From a bacterium (GTDB lineage Bacteria; Patescibacteriota; Minisyncoccia; UBA6257; WO2-44-18), in NCBI GenBank assembly GCA_030689595.1, contig JAUYHP010000001.1:15628-79627 (forward strand): a DNA stretch of 64,000 nt. Direction: 5' to 3'. The position numbers were made by a program, and so were the translations under genes. The first letter of the stretch is position 1. Each line of letters begins with the position of its first letter. Positions 9,122 to 19,500 of this stretch are shown piece by piece. The notes under the pieces were generated by a model that saw only the letters and a list, made by a program, of their open reading frames with translations, was not told the origin of the DNA and made no database searches.

Positions 9122-9718
9122 CTACTCTTTTAGGAAGACTGCGTCGAAATTGTTTAGAGCAATGTTAAAATCTTTGTTTAGATCGTTGATGGCCTTGACT
9201 TCGTCATTGATGCTGTTTATTAGATCTCGGATTTTGGTTGAGGCATAAATTATTTTGCCCTCGAACTTATCTCGTAAAACTTCAAATAGTTGGGCCAGGT
9301 AATTATTATAGGTTAACAATCTGCTTACTAGCGTTACCTCAGCAGTAACGGCTTGCGTGGCTAGATCTCTTGCGACTGCCGGCTTTATGGAGTTTAGCGA
9401 AGAAGCCATTCTTTGCAATTGTGATGATAGCCGAATTGCCTTTTCGTTGGCTTCGCGATTGCGGATTATTTCATTAGAAATCAAAATAAGCGCCTGAGGT
9501 GTATTGCGTGCCTTATCGTAGCGTTCGATTTCGGCCAAAACTTGTAAAGTATTTTCTTGCTGGGCGATAATTTCTTCAGCAATAACAGACCCTTTTATCC
9601 GAGCTTCAGAAAACTCTTCTGGTATGTTGTCGCCACCCAAAAATAAATAGCCGGCTATTATTAAAGCAGGCAAGATTATAGCAGCGCCAGATGCGAGGTG
9701 CCAAGTCTTCAATTTCAT
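9122..9718 (-). CDS. hypothetical membrane-anchored protein
   Basis: N-terminal TM/signal-anchor sequence (ASGAAIILPALIIAGYLFLGG). The remainder is predicted helical. Confidence 0.45.
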   Translation of the reverse strand: MKLKTWHLASGAAIILPALIIAGYLFLGGDNIPEEFSEARIKGSVIAEEIIAQQENTLQVLAEIERYDKARNTPQALILISNEIIRNREANEKAIRLSSQLQRMASSLNSIKPAVARDLATQAVTAEVTLVSRLLTYNNYLAQLFEVLRDKFEGKIIYASTKIRDLINSINDEVKAINDLNKDFNIALNNFDAVFLKE

Positions 9719-9796
9719 TACATACTATATTAGTGCGATTTTGGGCCAAAGTCAATATTGATTACGACATGCATTACCAGTTAGTATATGCATTAT

Positions 9797-9867
9797 GCGG
9801 GTATCGTATAGTGGCAATACCTCAGCTTTCCAAGCTGAAGCCGGGGGTTCGATTCCCCCTACCCGCT
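9797..9867 (+). tRNA. tRNA-Gly(UCC)
   Basis: GCGGGTA acceptor stem and anticodon loop UUUCCAA. CCA is not encoded. Confidence 0.85.
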
Positions 9868-9920
9868 CAATAAAGAGAAATAGTTATTTATATTTTGCTA
9901 AGTAGTCTATAATTTAGTTT

Positions 9921-11468
9921 ATGTATAAACCGCTGGTTTTAGTGATTATGGATGGCGTTGGTTTGACAGAACAAAAAAGCGGCAACGCTTTGGCTTCTGC
10001 AAAATTATCTAACTTGCGTCATATCAGCCGATCCTATCCTGGCACGGCATTACAAGCGGCTGGCTTAACTGTTGGCATCCCTTGGGGAGAGGTTGGCAAT
10101 TCAGAAGTCGGTCACATTGCTATCGGTGCCGGCTTGATCATGTATCAGCATCTGGCGCGGATTAACCAGTCAATTAGCAGTGAGGAGTTTTTCAAATTTC
10201 CGATTTGGGATAAGGCTATTGAACATGCCAAGAAAAATAAATCAGCCATACACTTGGCGGGTCTATTATCTGATGGTGGCGTCCATTCACATCAAGATCA
10301 CCTTTTTACCATATTGCAATTATTGTCTGATAAAAAATTCTCGGGACCAGTATTTATTCATATCTTTACTGATGGTCGTGATGCGCCAACGCAGTCTGCG
10401 CCAGGTTTTATAAGGAGCTTGGAGCGAAAGACTGAAGAATTAGGCTTAGGCAAGATAGCCACGGTAATTGGTCGTTATTATGCTATGGATAGAGATAGGC
10501 GAGTCGAGAGAATACAAGTGGCTTATGACCTCATGGTTTCTGGCAGGGGTCAGCAGTTTGTTAGTCCGATAGAAGCCGTTGAGACTTCATATAATGAAAA
10601 GGTTACCGATGAATTTATTAAAGCTAGCGTGATGATTGTCGATGGCGAGGCGGTTGGATCGGTTAAAGATGGTGACGCTGTCATATTTTTTAACTTTCGC
10701 TCTGACAGAATGCGTCAATTAGCTGGGAGTTTTATCAAAAGTTCGTTGAAAGATTTATTTATTTTGTCGATGACTCAATATGATCAGAATTTTGAAATCC
10801 CAACTGTTTTCTCCCCGGAGAGTGTTCCGCATCCTTTGGCGGAAGTCATTTCGTCGGCTGGTAAGAAGCAATTGCATATAGCGGAGACCGAAAAATATGC
10901 TCATGTGACTTATTTCTTCAACGGTGGCCAGGAAAAGCCCTTTGTTGGCGAAGATAGAATTCTGGTCCAATCACCAAAGGTGGCCAGCTATGATAAAAAA
11001 CCAGAGATGAGCGCCCGCGAACTTACAAAGAGATTAGTCGAAGGCATCGAGCAGCAAAAATATGATTTTATTGTGGCTAACTTTGCCAATGGCGACATGG
11101 TGGGACACACTGGCGATTTGAAAGCTACTACCAAAGCCATGGATGTGGTCGACGAATGTGTCGGCGTAGTTATGAAGGCTACACTGGCGGCCGGTGGGGC
11201 CCTATTGATAACTGCCGATCATGGTAATTGTGAAGAGATGGTTGACTTGGAAACTGGCAAGATGGATACCGAGCATGAAGTTAATCCAGTGCCATTTTGG
11301 TTGGTGGCTGACGATAAAAAGGGGGAGGCTGTTATCGACACTAAGATAAACATCGGTGGCATTTTGCCGGATGTGGCGCCAACGATTTTGGAATTATTAG
11401 ATTTACCGGTGCCGCCGGAGATGATCGGTACTAGCTTGCTAAAAGTTATTTTTCGGCAACCAATTTGA
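9921..11468 (+). CDS. gpmI: 2,3-bisphosphoglycerate-independent phosphoglycerate mutase
   Basis: 515 aa. The N-terminal MYKPLVLVIMDGVGL and the metal-binding motifs (ADHGN, TDGRD) are typical of iPGM. Confidence 0.9.
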   Translation: MYKPLVLVIMDGVGLTEQKSGNALASAKLSNLRHISRSYPGTALQAAGLTVGIPWGEVGNSEVGHIAIGAGLIMYQHLARINQSISSEEFFKFPIWDKAIEHAKKNKSAIHLAGLLSDGGVHSHQDHLFTILQLLSDKKFSGPVFIHIFTDGRDAPTQSAPGFIRSLERKTEELGLGKIATVIGRYYAMDRDRRVERIQVAYDLMVSGRGQQFVSPIEAVETSYNEKVTDEFIKASVMIVDGEAVGSVKDGDAVIFFNFRSDRMRQLAGSFIKSSLKDLFILSMTQYDQNFEIPTVFSPESVPHPLAEVISSAGKKQLHIAETEKYAHVTYFFNGGQEKPFVGEDRILVQSPKVASYDKKPEMSARELTKRLVEGIEQQKYDFIVANFANGDMVGHTGDLKATTKAMDVVDECVGVVMKATLAAGGALLITADHGNCEEMVDLETGKMDTEHEVNPVPFWLVADDKKGEAVIDTKINIGGILPDVAPTILELLDLPVPPEMIGTSLLKVIFRQPI

Positions 11469-12789
11469 CATCTAAGCTAACTAAGCTGGATTTTTTGATG
11501 TCCAGAGTTGGGGATTGAAATGGCTGATAGCCATGGCGTATGGCTGTTAGGTAATACGAACCTGGAGTCACCAAAAAGTTGAACTTGCCGCTAGTATCAG
11601 TGACCTTGGTATTCAGTAGCCAGTTCTTTTTTAGATCGTATATTCTGACTATGGCCAAGTCTAGAGAAGTGTTGCTGGCTTGATCTTTGACTACGCCAAA
11701 AGATTTTACTGTTTTGCGAGACAGAATAAATTTCAAGATATCTATGCCTATATAAATTATCAGGACTATATAGTTAAGCGTAATTGGTACGATCACGGCT
11801 ATGGCTAAACTTAAAAGTGTACCGATGGCTAGTAGGTATGGATTAACATTTTCGATAAAGTCGCGGATGGCTCGCCAAAGATTGTGGCTTTGCACTTGTC
11901 CCCCAGTAACGGAATCTAGGGGTATATTAACATTGGTCATTTCTTGGCCTTCAGTCACTTTAAATATTTCGATCTGTCTTTCGGTGAAGCCTCGATGGCT
12001 AGCCTTTATATAATAGTTGCCAGGTGGTACTAGAAAACCGAATCGGCCTTCTTTGTCAGAGACTTGCGTCTCACGTAACTTGTTGGATTGAGCATCGAAA
12101 ATTTTAATAGTACTGCCAGCGATTGGAGTTCTGGTGGTTGCGTTGGAAATTATCCCCCAAGGTTTACGCTTCTTGAATCTCAAAAACCCAAATAAAATAT
12201 ATCTAAAAAATTCAGCAACGTTGAAGGCTAGAGAGGCACTGGCTGAAGCGGCGGCGGCGCCCAATGATATTACGCCGACACCACCCAAGCCAACTGCCAA
12301 GGGAATGCCGATTTTTTGAGTTTGTTCAACAACTTCAGGGTCGGCTTGTAGTCTGGCTACTAGGTTAACTATGCCGGCTGTTTCAAAAATTACTTGTGAT
12401 TGACCAGAGAAATTATCATCGCGCCAGCCATAGAGCAGCTCGCGATCTTGAATGATGTCTAAAACTTCTGATGGTCCTTGTAAAATTATATTTATACCCC
12501 AAGAGGCACCGGGTGGTATTTCTGCCGGGCCGGAGATATTTAAGGCATTGTTGGCTAAGCTAATGTTGGCGGCTGGCTCAATTAGGTTTAGATTTTCCGG
12601 TAGTGGGATGGAGAATTTGGAGTTGCTAGCCGTGCCGGCTTCGGGCGCATTAAAAAAAACTAAAAGATATTTTCTAGCCTCTATCGCGGCTGAGCTAGTA
12701 GTGGCCAAAAATAAGCCCAATAGTGTCAAAAAGATTAATGATCTTTTCATGGTTTTATTATAACACAATGAAGTTGTGAACACCGCCAA
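11446..12789 (-). CDS. membrane/secreted protein with two carboxypeptidase-regulatory-like (transthyretin-like) beta-sandwich domains.
   Basis: Signal peptide, internal TM helices and two repeats of the pattern G.I.....T..P..G..I.I.D.......T.....G.F.F.V.PG.YY..A...G. Confidence 0.5.
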   Translation of the reverse strand: MAVFTTSLCYNKTMKRSLIFLTLLGLFLATTSSAAIEARKYLLVFFNAPEAGTASNSKFSIPLPENLNLIEPAANISLANNALNISGPAEIPPGASWGINIILQGPSEVLDIIQDRELLYGWRDDNFSGQSQVIFETAGIVNLVARLQADPEVVEQTQKIGIPLAVGLGGVGVISLGAAAASASASLAFNVAEFFRYILFGFLRFKKRKPWGIISNATTRTPIAGSTIKIFDAQSNKLRETQVSDKEGRFGFLVPPGNYYIKASHRGFTERQIEIFKVTEGQEMTNVNIPLDSVTGGQVQSHNLWRAIRDFIENVNPYLLAIGTLLSLAIAVIVPITLNYIVLIIYIGIDILKFILSRKTVKSFGVVKDQASNTSLDLAIVRIYDLKKNWLLNTKVTDTSGKFNFLVTPGSYYLTAIRHGYQPFQSPTLDIKKSSLVSLDVKLVAEK

Positions 12790-12857
12790 TCACTGGCGGG
12801 ACATTCGGGTCGCAACTCGCTCGTAGCTAATCGGGTCGCGCCGATAAAAAATTGTCA

Positions 12858-12947
12858 TGGCGGAGGCGGAAGGATTCGAACCTTCGATACCCTTGCGGAT
12901 ATTCCGGTTTTCAAGACAGGTGCCTTCATCCTCTCAGCCACGCCTCC
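12858..12947 (-). tRNA. tRNA-Ser(UGA)
   Basis: Near-identical in outline to E. coli tRNA-Ser. It has a long variable arm, anticodon loop CUUGAAA and an encoded CCA. Confidence 0.9.
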
Positions 12948-13031
12948 ATGACAAAGATATTCTAACACTATTTTGGATTACTGTAACCCTTCGACTTTGC
13001 TCAGGGTATTTGCCCCGCTAATCTGGGCAAA

Positions 13032-13059
13032 TAAAAAACCCTCATTAGAATGAGGGTTT
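13032..13059 (-). terminator. Intrinsic terminator of tdk.
   Basis: AACCCTCAttagaaTGAGGGTT with a T-run on the minus strand. Confidence 0.7.
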
Positions 13060-13671
13060 GCCGGGAAGCTCGTGGCATTTGTAGCAACGGACTTCGTAGC
13101 GGATATTGTCTTTGTTGGCAGTCGATCCGCCGATGGCGACGATGGGCTCGTTGTAATGAGCCGATTTATCGTTAACCAATCGTTGCGGTAAGCGCGCGGT
13201 TTCTCCGCATTTTGAGCAGTGCGCATCGTTGAGTAGTATAACTTCATCTGCCAAAGATAAGAAATAAGGCATGGCGCCGAAGGGTTCGCCGCGGAAATCC
13301 AGCGGTAATCCGGCGGCAGTCACGTCCAGGCCCATTTCGAGGATGGCGATTACAACGCGGATAAATTTCTTGGTGGGTGGAAAGAATTGAGCTTCATCGA
13401 TAAATACCTTGGTAATCTCGGGGTGTTCCTGAAGATATTTGACCATCTGCTCAGGAATATTGACGTCAACCTCAATAGCTTCCAGTCTTTTGCCGTTATC
13501 ACTTGCGATAAATCCGTTGTCACTTCGGGTGTCAGTGGCGGGTTTAAAAATGCTGACTTTCTTACGACCGTACCTCGTCAACTTTCCAGCTTTCGTGATG
13601 ATGCTGTCAGTTTTGCCGGCGAACATAGTCGCCGAGATTACGGTTAGCTTGCCCCGCTCCTTTTCCGTCAT
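13045..13671 (-). CDS. tdk: thymidine kinase
   Basis: P-loop ISATMFAGKT, FIDEAQFF, and a C-terminal Zn ribbon (CSKCG...CYKCH). I chose the internal ATG at 13671. The ORF track extends to 13770, giving a 33-aa N-terminal extension that is atypical for thymidine kinase. Confidence 0.85.
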   Translation of the reverse strand: MTEKERGKLTVISATMFAGKTDSIITKAGKLTRYGRKKVSIFKPATDTRSDNGFIASDNGKRLEAIEVDVNIPEQMVKYLQEHPEITKVFIDEAQFFPPTKKFIRVVIAILEMGLDVTAAGLPLDFRGEPFGAMPYFLSLADEVILLNDAHCSKCGETARLPQRLVNDKSAHYNEPIVAIGGSTANKDNIRYEVRCYKCHELPGKPSF

Positions 13672-13806
13672 GATGCTGATCCTCCAATTGGTGGGTTGTT
13701 TTTTGTTTTGAGCTAAGTCGAAAGGCTTGCCTTGGACTAGGTCGAAAGGTGTCAATGAACCAGATACCAATATATAATGAAGTAGAGTGTAAATGCAAGT
13801 TTTTTC

Positions 13807-16413
13807 ATGATAAATAAAGAAATTCTTAAAAGTTCATTTTGGGCTCTACCAGTTGGTCAATGCTTGGATTCATTGGAAACTACCAATCTGGGCATATCTC
13901 AAGAAGAGGCCGAGCAGCGCTTGGCTAGTTTTGGGCCAAACAAATTACCGACCAAAGGCAAGATAACTAAGTTGAAAATATTGGGGCGCCAATTCAGAAA
14001 TCCATTTATTATTTTACTATTGGCCGCTGGTGGTATAACTATCTTTTTGCAAGATTTTAAAAATGCTGGTTTTATTTTAGCTGCTGCGTTAGTGAATGCA
14101 GTCCTGGGATTTTATCAAGAAAATAAAGCCGAAGAGGCGTTGGAGCATTTGCGTAGCTATATTGAAGAGCGAGTGAGGGTCTTTCGTGATAATCATGAAT
14201 TTGAAATTGACGCAGCTAAGTTGGTGCCAGGTGATATTATACATTTATCGCAGGGTGATCGTGTGCCAGCTGACGGCCGTATTATTTACGCCAACGGCCT
14301 ACAAGTTAACCAAGCCATCCTAACGGGTGAGTCGTTGCCAGTAGAAAAGTCTGTAGAGACGGTTGGCTTCAAGGTAGTCTTAGCTGATCAGGCTTCGATG
14401 ATTTTAAGTGGCACAGTCATAGTCCAAGGCTTTGCCAATGCGGTTGTGACTGCCACCGGTGCCGCTACCGAAATAGGTAAAATCGCTACTTTGGTTAGTA
14501 GCCAGAAGCAAGAAAAGACCCCATTACAAAAGAGCATCGCTCGCCTAAGCTGGCGCGTGGGGTTCTTTCTTCTCGGGCTAACCGCCTTTATATTCGCCTT
14601 AGGTGTGTATAGCGGCCAGTCAGTTTTTGATATGTTTTTGATATCTGTTGCGATTGCAGTTTCAGCTGTACCAGAAGGCTTGCCCATAGTTTTAACAGTG
14701 ATCTTGGCTATTGGTGTCCAGCGCTTAGCTCGCAAGCGGGGGATTGTTAGAAAGCTTTTAGCAGCGGAAACGTTGGGTAGCACTTCGATAATATTAACTG
14801 ATAAGACCGGCACCTTAACTCAAGCCAAGATGGGCGTTTCTAGGGTGACCGTATTTAAAGACCATGAGCGAGAAGAAGATGTCAAGAATAAAATACTAGA
14901 ATTAGCCATGCTTAATAGCGATGTAGTTATTGAGAATCCTGGTGATGACCCTGAGGCTTGGCGTATAATCGGTAGGCCGCTAGAAGTAGCTTTAGTAAAG
15001 GCGTCTGCCACGGAAGGTATTTTGTTACCCACCTTGAAGAAGGACTCTAAAGTCATTGATTATTTGCCGTTCAATTCGGCTAATAAGTTTTCGGCATCAA
15101 TAACCAAAGATAGCGGCGGTAAATATTTGTTGAGTTTATTTGGCGCGCCGGAGATATTATTGAAATATGCCAATATATCTAATGACGATCGAAGCAAGAT
15201 ATTGCGCGAAGTTGACAGGATGGCTTATAGCGGCGACCGCGTTTTATCGGTTGCTGTTAAAGAAATACCAAATCTAATTTCCCTGGCTGACAAAAAGAAT
15301 CTTGCGGATATCGTATTTTTAGGAACAATTTCTTTTCGTGATCCTGTGCGCATCGAAGTCAAAGACGCCATACAACGCGTCACTAGTGCCGGTGTTAAGG
15401 TTGTGATTATTACGGGGGATCATAAAGGCACCGCTACGGCTGTGGCTAGAGAAATTGGATTTACTGTTAGGCCAGATCAAGTTGTTGATGGCAATGAGCT
15501 CGATGCTCTAAGTGATGATGCGTTAACAGCAAGACTCGACGATCTTAAAATTGTTTCTAGGATTAGCCCCGAAGGCAAGCTCCGGATATTAAAGTCTTAT
15601 CAAGCACGTGGCGCAGTTGTGGCTATGACTGGCGACGGCATTAATGACGCCCCGACGTTAAAAGAAGCTGACATCGGCGTAGCCATGGGGTCGGGGTCTG
15701 ATGTAGCCAAGGATGTGGCCGACCTTATTTTATTAGATGACAATTTTGAAACTATCGTTCAAGCAGTTAATGAGGGCAGAAGGATTTTAGCCAACATCCG
15801 CAAAGCGATTGTATATTTGTTGTCCGATTCTTTAGACTCGGTTCTTTTAATTGGCGGCGCTTTGTTGTGGGGGCTAACGATACCTTTAAATCCTTTACAG
15901 ATATTGTGGGTTAATTTTTTTGCAGATAGTTTCCCAGCGATTGCTTTGGCGTTTGAGGATGGCCACGATCGTTTAAAGGACAAGCCCACCAAAGTCCTTA
16001 AGGGATTATTGGATTCAGAGATGAAATTTTTAATTATTATTATCGGTGTTTTAACTAGCGTGATCTTATTGGCGCTATATATCGGCTTGTTATCCTTGGG
16101 GTTTGAAGAGCAATTGATTAGGACGTTTATCTTCGCGACCTTCGGCACCTATACTTTATTTGCCATTTTTGCGGTTCGCAGTTTGCGTGATAGCGTGTTT
16201 GCCTCTAATCCATTTTCCAATATGTACTTAGTAATGACCGTATTATTCGGATTGGGCTTGATGGCTATAGCTATTTATGTGCCATTTTTTCAAGTTTTGT
16301 TGGACACAGTGGCCTTGCCGTCTAACTGGCTTTGGGGCGTGGCTGCGGTTGGTTTGATAAACATTCTATTGGTAGAACTAGGTAAGTGGATTTATAGAAG
16401 CCACGATCGCTAG
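13807..16413 (+). CDS. cation-transporting P-type ATPase (P2-type, Ca2+/Mg2+-like)
   Basis: DKTGTLT phosphorylation motif, TGDHKGTA, MTGDGINDAP and ten TM helices. 868 aa. Confidence 0.9.
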   Translation: MINKEILKSSFWALPVGQCLDSLETTNLGISQEEAEQRLASFGPNKLPTKGKITKLKILGRQFRNPFIILLLAAGGITIFLQDFKNAGFILAAALVNAVLGFYQENKAEEALEHLRSYIEERVRVFRDNHEFEIDAAKLVPGDIIHLSQGDRVPADGRIIYANGLQVNQAILTGESLPVEKSVETVGFKVVLADQASMILSGTVIVQGFANAVVTATGAATEIGKIATLVSSQKQEKTPLQKSIARLSWRVGFFLLGLTAFIFALGVYSGQSVFDMFLISVAIAVSAVPEGLPIVLTVILAIGVQRLARKRGIVRKLLAAETLGSTSIILTDKTGTLTQAKMGVSRVTVFKDHEREEDVKNKILELAMLNSDVVIENPGDDPEAWRIIGRPLEVALVKASATEGILLPTLKKDSKVIDYLPFNSANKFSASITKDSGGKYLLSLFGAPEILLKYANISNDDRSKILREVDRMAYSGDRVLSVAVKEIPNLISLADKKNLADIVFLGTISFRDPVRIEVKDAIQRVTSAGVKVVIITGDHKGTATAVAREIGFTVRPDQVVDGNELDALSDDALTARLDDLKIVSRISPEGKLRILKSYQARGAVVAMTGDGINDAPTLKEADIGVAMGSGSDVAKDVADLILLDDNFETIVQAVNEGRRILANIRKAIVYLLSDSLDSVLLIGGALLWGLTIPLNPLQILWVNFFADSFPAIALAFEDGHDRLKDKPTKVLKGLLDSEMKFLIIIIGVLTSVILLALYIGLLSLGFEEQLIRTFIFATFGTYTLFAIFAVRSLRDSVFASNPFSNMYLVMTVLFGLGLMAIAIYVPFFQVLLDTVALPSNWLWGVAAVGLINILLVELGKWIYRSHDR

Positions 16414-16421
16414 TTAAATGT

Positions 16422-16445
16422 TAAGCGTGAGCGACGCTTTTTAAT
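16422..16445 (+). terminator. Intrinsic terminator after the ATPase gene.
   Basis: AAGCGTgagcgACGCTT-ttttaa. Confidence 0.6.
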
Positions 16446-16545
16446 ATTACTCAGGGAGTTATGCACAGTATATATTGGTAACGCGACTTACTAGTTTGCT
16501 ATAATTATTCTAGATGCGTTAATCGCATAAGTTGTTGCGGATTAA

Positions 16546-19500
16546 ATGAAAAAAACAAACACAATAATTGGTACTGTGATCTTCGGTGTAATAGCCAGTT
16601 TGTTTTTTGGTTCTCTGTCGAGAGCAAACAACAATGAATATGTAATCAATGTAGTTGATGGGCTTAATAATCCCGATGTAAAAATTCCGCCAGTAAATGA
16701 ATTAAATCCTTTACAATTTCTTAGCCAATTGATTCAGGTTAGCGATCCATCATTGGAAACCGAATCTTATGAAGTAAGCGATCCCAACCCCTTGGGCTAC
16801 GTCAGCCAGTTGGCCCAAGTAACTGGCACCTCGCCAGATTTTCAGCCGAGGCCAAGAAGATTGCCGACCATCGGTGAATTATTTAGCGGCGCTTTTGACG
16901 CGATCGGCGGAGTTGTTACTGGAGTTGTAGATACTGTTGTTGACATCTTTACCGCTGATGAGCCGGATGTTATTCCACCGCCATCGCAGCCGACTTCGAC
17001 TAGCGATGAGCCAACACCGGTAACTTTGCCGTCTGATGATGAGCCAGTAGTCCAGCCGAAGGTAGTTGTTACTCCAACATCACAAGAGCCAACGACGCCT
17101 CCGACTATAGCGCCGACCACCTCCAGCCAACCGTCTTCTCAAACAACAACAGACCCAGAGTTGTTGTCACGCTTGGCTTATTTAGAGTCACTGATCTCTG
17201 CCGTGGGTTCACAGAATAGTAGTTTCAGTAGCCAGATTGATGCTTTGCGCCAAACTTTGGCTAGCTCACAGCGCATCAATTCTTTGGGCACATCAGGCGA
17301 CACCAGCGCTTTGATCATTGAATCGGCGACAGTTAATTCCCCCAGTATAGATAGTCCGACTATCGCTTCCGCGAGTTTTAGCGGAACAGCTACTGGCTTG
17401 ATAGTTAATGAAATAAGCATCAATGGAGTCATTTTAGCCAGCAGTGGCGATTCAATCACTTTTAGCGGTGATGGCGGTTTAGGTACTACCACTGTTACTA
17501 ATTTGTCCGTTACAAATACCTCGACTTCAACTTTTAGCGGCCCGATAGGTTCCATAGCTTCTGATGGTAGTTTGGTTTTGAGTAGCATCGCTACCACCGG
17601 CCCACTATTATTGAATCCCTATGGCGGGCGAGTGGGTTTTGCCACTCAATCACCATCAATCCTTTATGGCTTTTCGGTGGCCACGACTTCATATTTTTCT
17701 AACAACCTCATAGTTAACGGCGGCAGTTTGGGTATTGGCACTACTTCGCCGGGAGCGGCTTTGTCCGTCAGCGGCGCTTTCTTATTAGATGGAGCTACTA
17801 CTTCTTTGAATAATGTTCAATATGTCTGGCCCTCGGCTCATGGGTCTGCCGACCAAGTGTTAACTACCGATAGCTCGGGTGCTTTGAGTTGGGCGGCAGC
17901 AGGAGTTAGCAGTCAATGGACCAGCTCGGGAGCAAATATACATTATGCTATTGGCAATGTGGGTATTGGTACCACAACGCCAACTTCCAATCGTCTTATC
18001 ATCAACGCCTCTTCATCGCCGAACTTATTACTTTCTGATGACAATGGTGGCGCTGATTTGAAACATGTTTATGCCTCATCATCAGCAGGTGCTTTTACTT
18101 TTGGCATATTAGACGACGCGCTTTCTACTTATACAGAACACTTTAGAATTGCCAATGATGGCAATGTCGGCATTGGCACTACCTCTCCCTACGCCAAGCT
18201 ATCAGTTGTTGGCGAGATAGTTGGCGCATACTTTACTGGCACTACTACCGCCACCTCAACTCTAGGTGGTCCATTGGCAGCCTCGGATTCTGGTACGGGT
18301 GACCTTATCGTCTCCGGCGCCACCACCACCGGCCGATTACTTTTGAATCCCTATGGCGGGCGAGTCTTAATCGGCACCACGACTGTATCAGCTTCTTCAA
18401 CTCAAGATCGTCTAACCGTCTGGGGCAATATATCCAATCCAGCTACTTCTACGCCGACATTGATGGCCAGTACGACGTTGTCGTTTAATGGCACTGGCGT
18501 CTTTGTTCAGGGGCGTTATGCCTATGTTATAACGGCTGTTGACGCTAGTGGTAATGAGTTCAGAATTTTTGATGTTACTAATCCGGGTGCGCCAGTAGAA
18601 GTTGGTAGTGCAAATTTGGGCGAAGCCGGAAATACTATTTATGTTTCTGGTAGGTATGCTTATATAGGACGTGATAATGCCGGTGGCAGTGAATTTCAAA
18701 TTTGGGATATTTCCAATCCTTCATTACCGGTAGAGATTGGCGGCGTGGAAACTGGTTCACCGCACCCACAAGATATATATGTTTCTGGTCGTTACGCTTA
18801 TGTTGTGTTAAATGATACTAGCGGTAACACTTTTAGAATATATGACGTTAGCAATCCAACTAATCCATTTGAAGTCGGAGGTTTGGCGATTGCGTCTGGT
18901 TCTGGCGGCAAGTCTGTAGATATAGCCGGACGTTATGCCTTTGTTGGAGTTAATACTCCTGATGATGGTAAAGAGATTAGGGTTATAGACATTTCTAATC
19001 CTACCTCTCCGCTGGAAATTGGTAGCATAGACGCCGGTGCCAATGTTCAAGGTCAATATGTGTCTGGCAGATATAGCTATGTATTAACTAATAGCGCCTT
19101 AAGGATTTATGATATTTCTAACCCTGCGGCTATATCCAGCTTAAGCACGACCACTATGGGTGTTAGTGGTTCTCTTTATGTTTCCGGTCGTTACGCTTAT
19201 GCCGTCGGCAACAATGGCTCTGGTGATGATTTTGTGGTCATTGATGTAGCCAATCCGAACCAACCGGTTATAGTTGGTGGCGCGGAGACTGGCGCGAATA
19301 TGACCGGAGGTGTCTATGTGGCTGGTCGTTATGCTTATGTGGTAACTACTGCGGATGGTAAATCCCTCAACATCTTTGATATCTCCGGCATAGAAACTGT
19401 TTCGGCTATGGCTCATTCTTTAGAGGCAGGTAATTTGCAGGTTCGTAATGATGTTAGTATTGGCGGTAATTTGAGTATAAGCGGTGGCTTAAATGTTGGT

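Noticed and set aside
9691-9873. ORF 9691..9873(+).
   Set aside because: It is fully occupied by tRNA-Gly(UCC).
12978-13798. ORFs 12978..13247(-), 13387..13647(+), 13439..13711(+) and 13607..13798(-) around tdk.
   Set aside because: They overlap the well-supported thymidine kinase gene in other frames or on the other strand.
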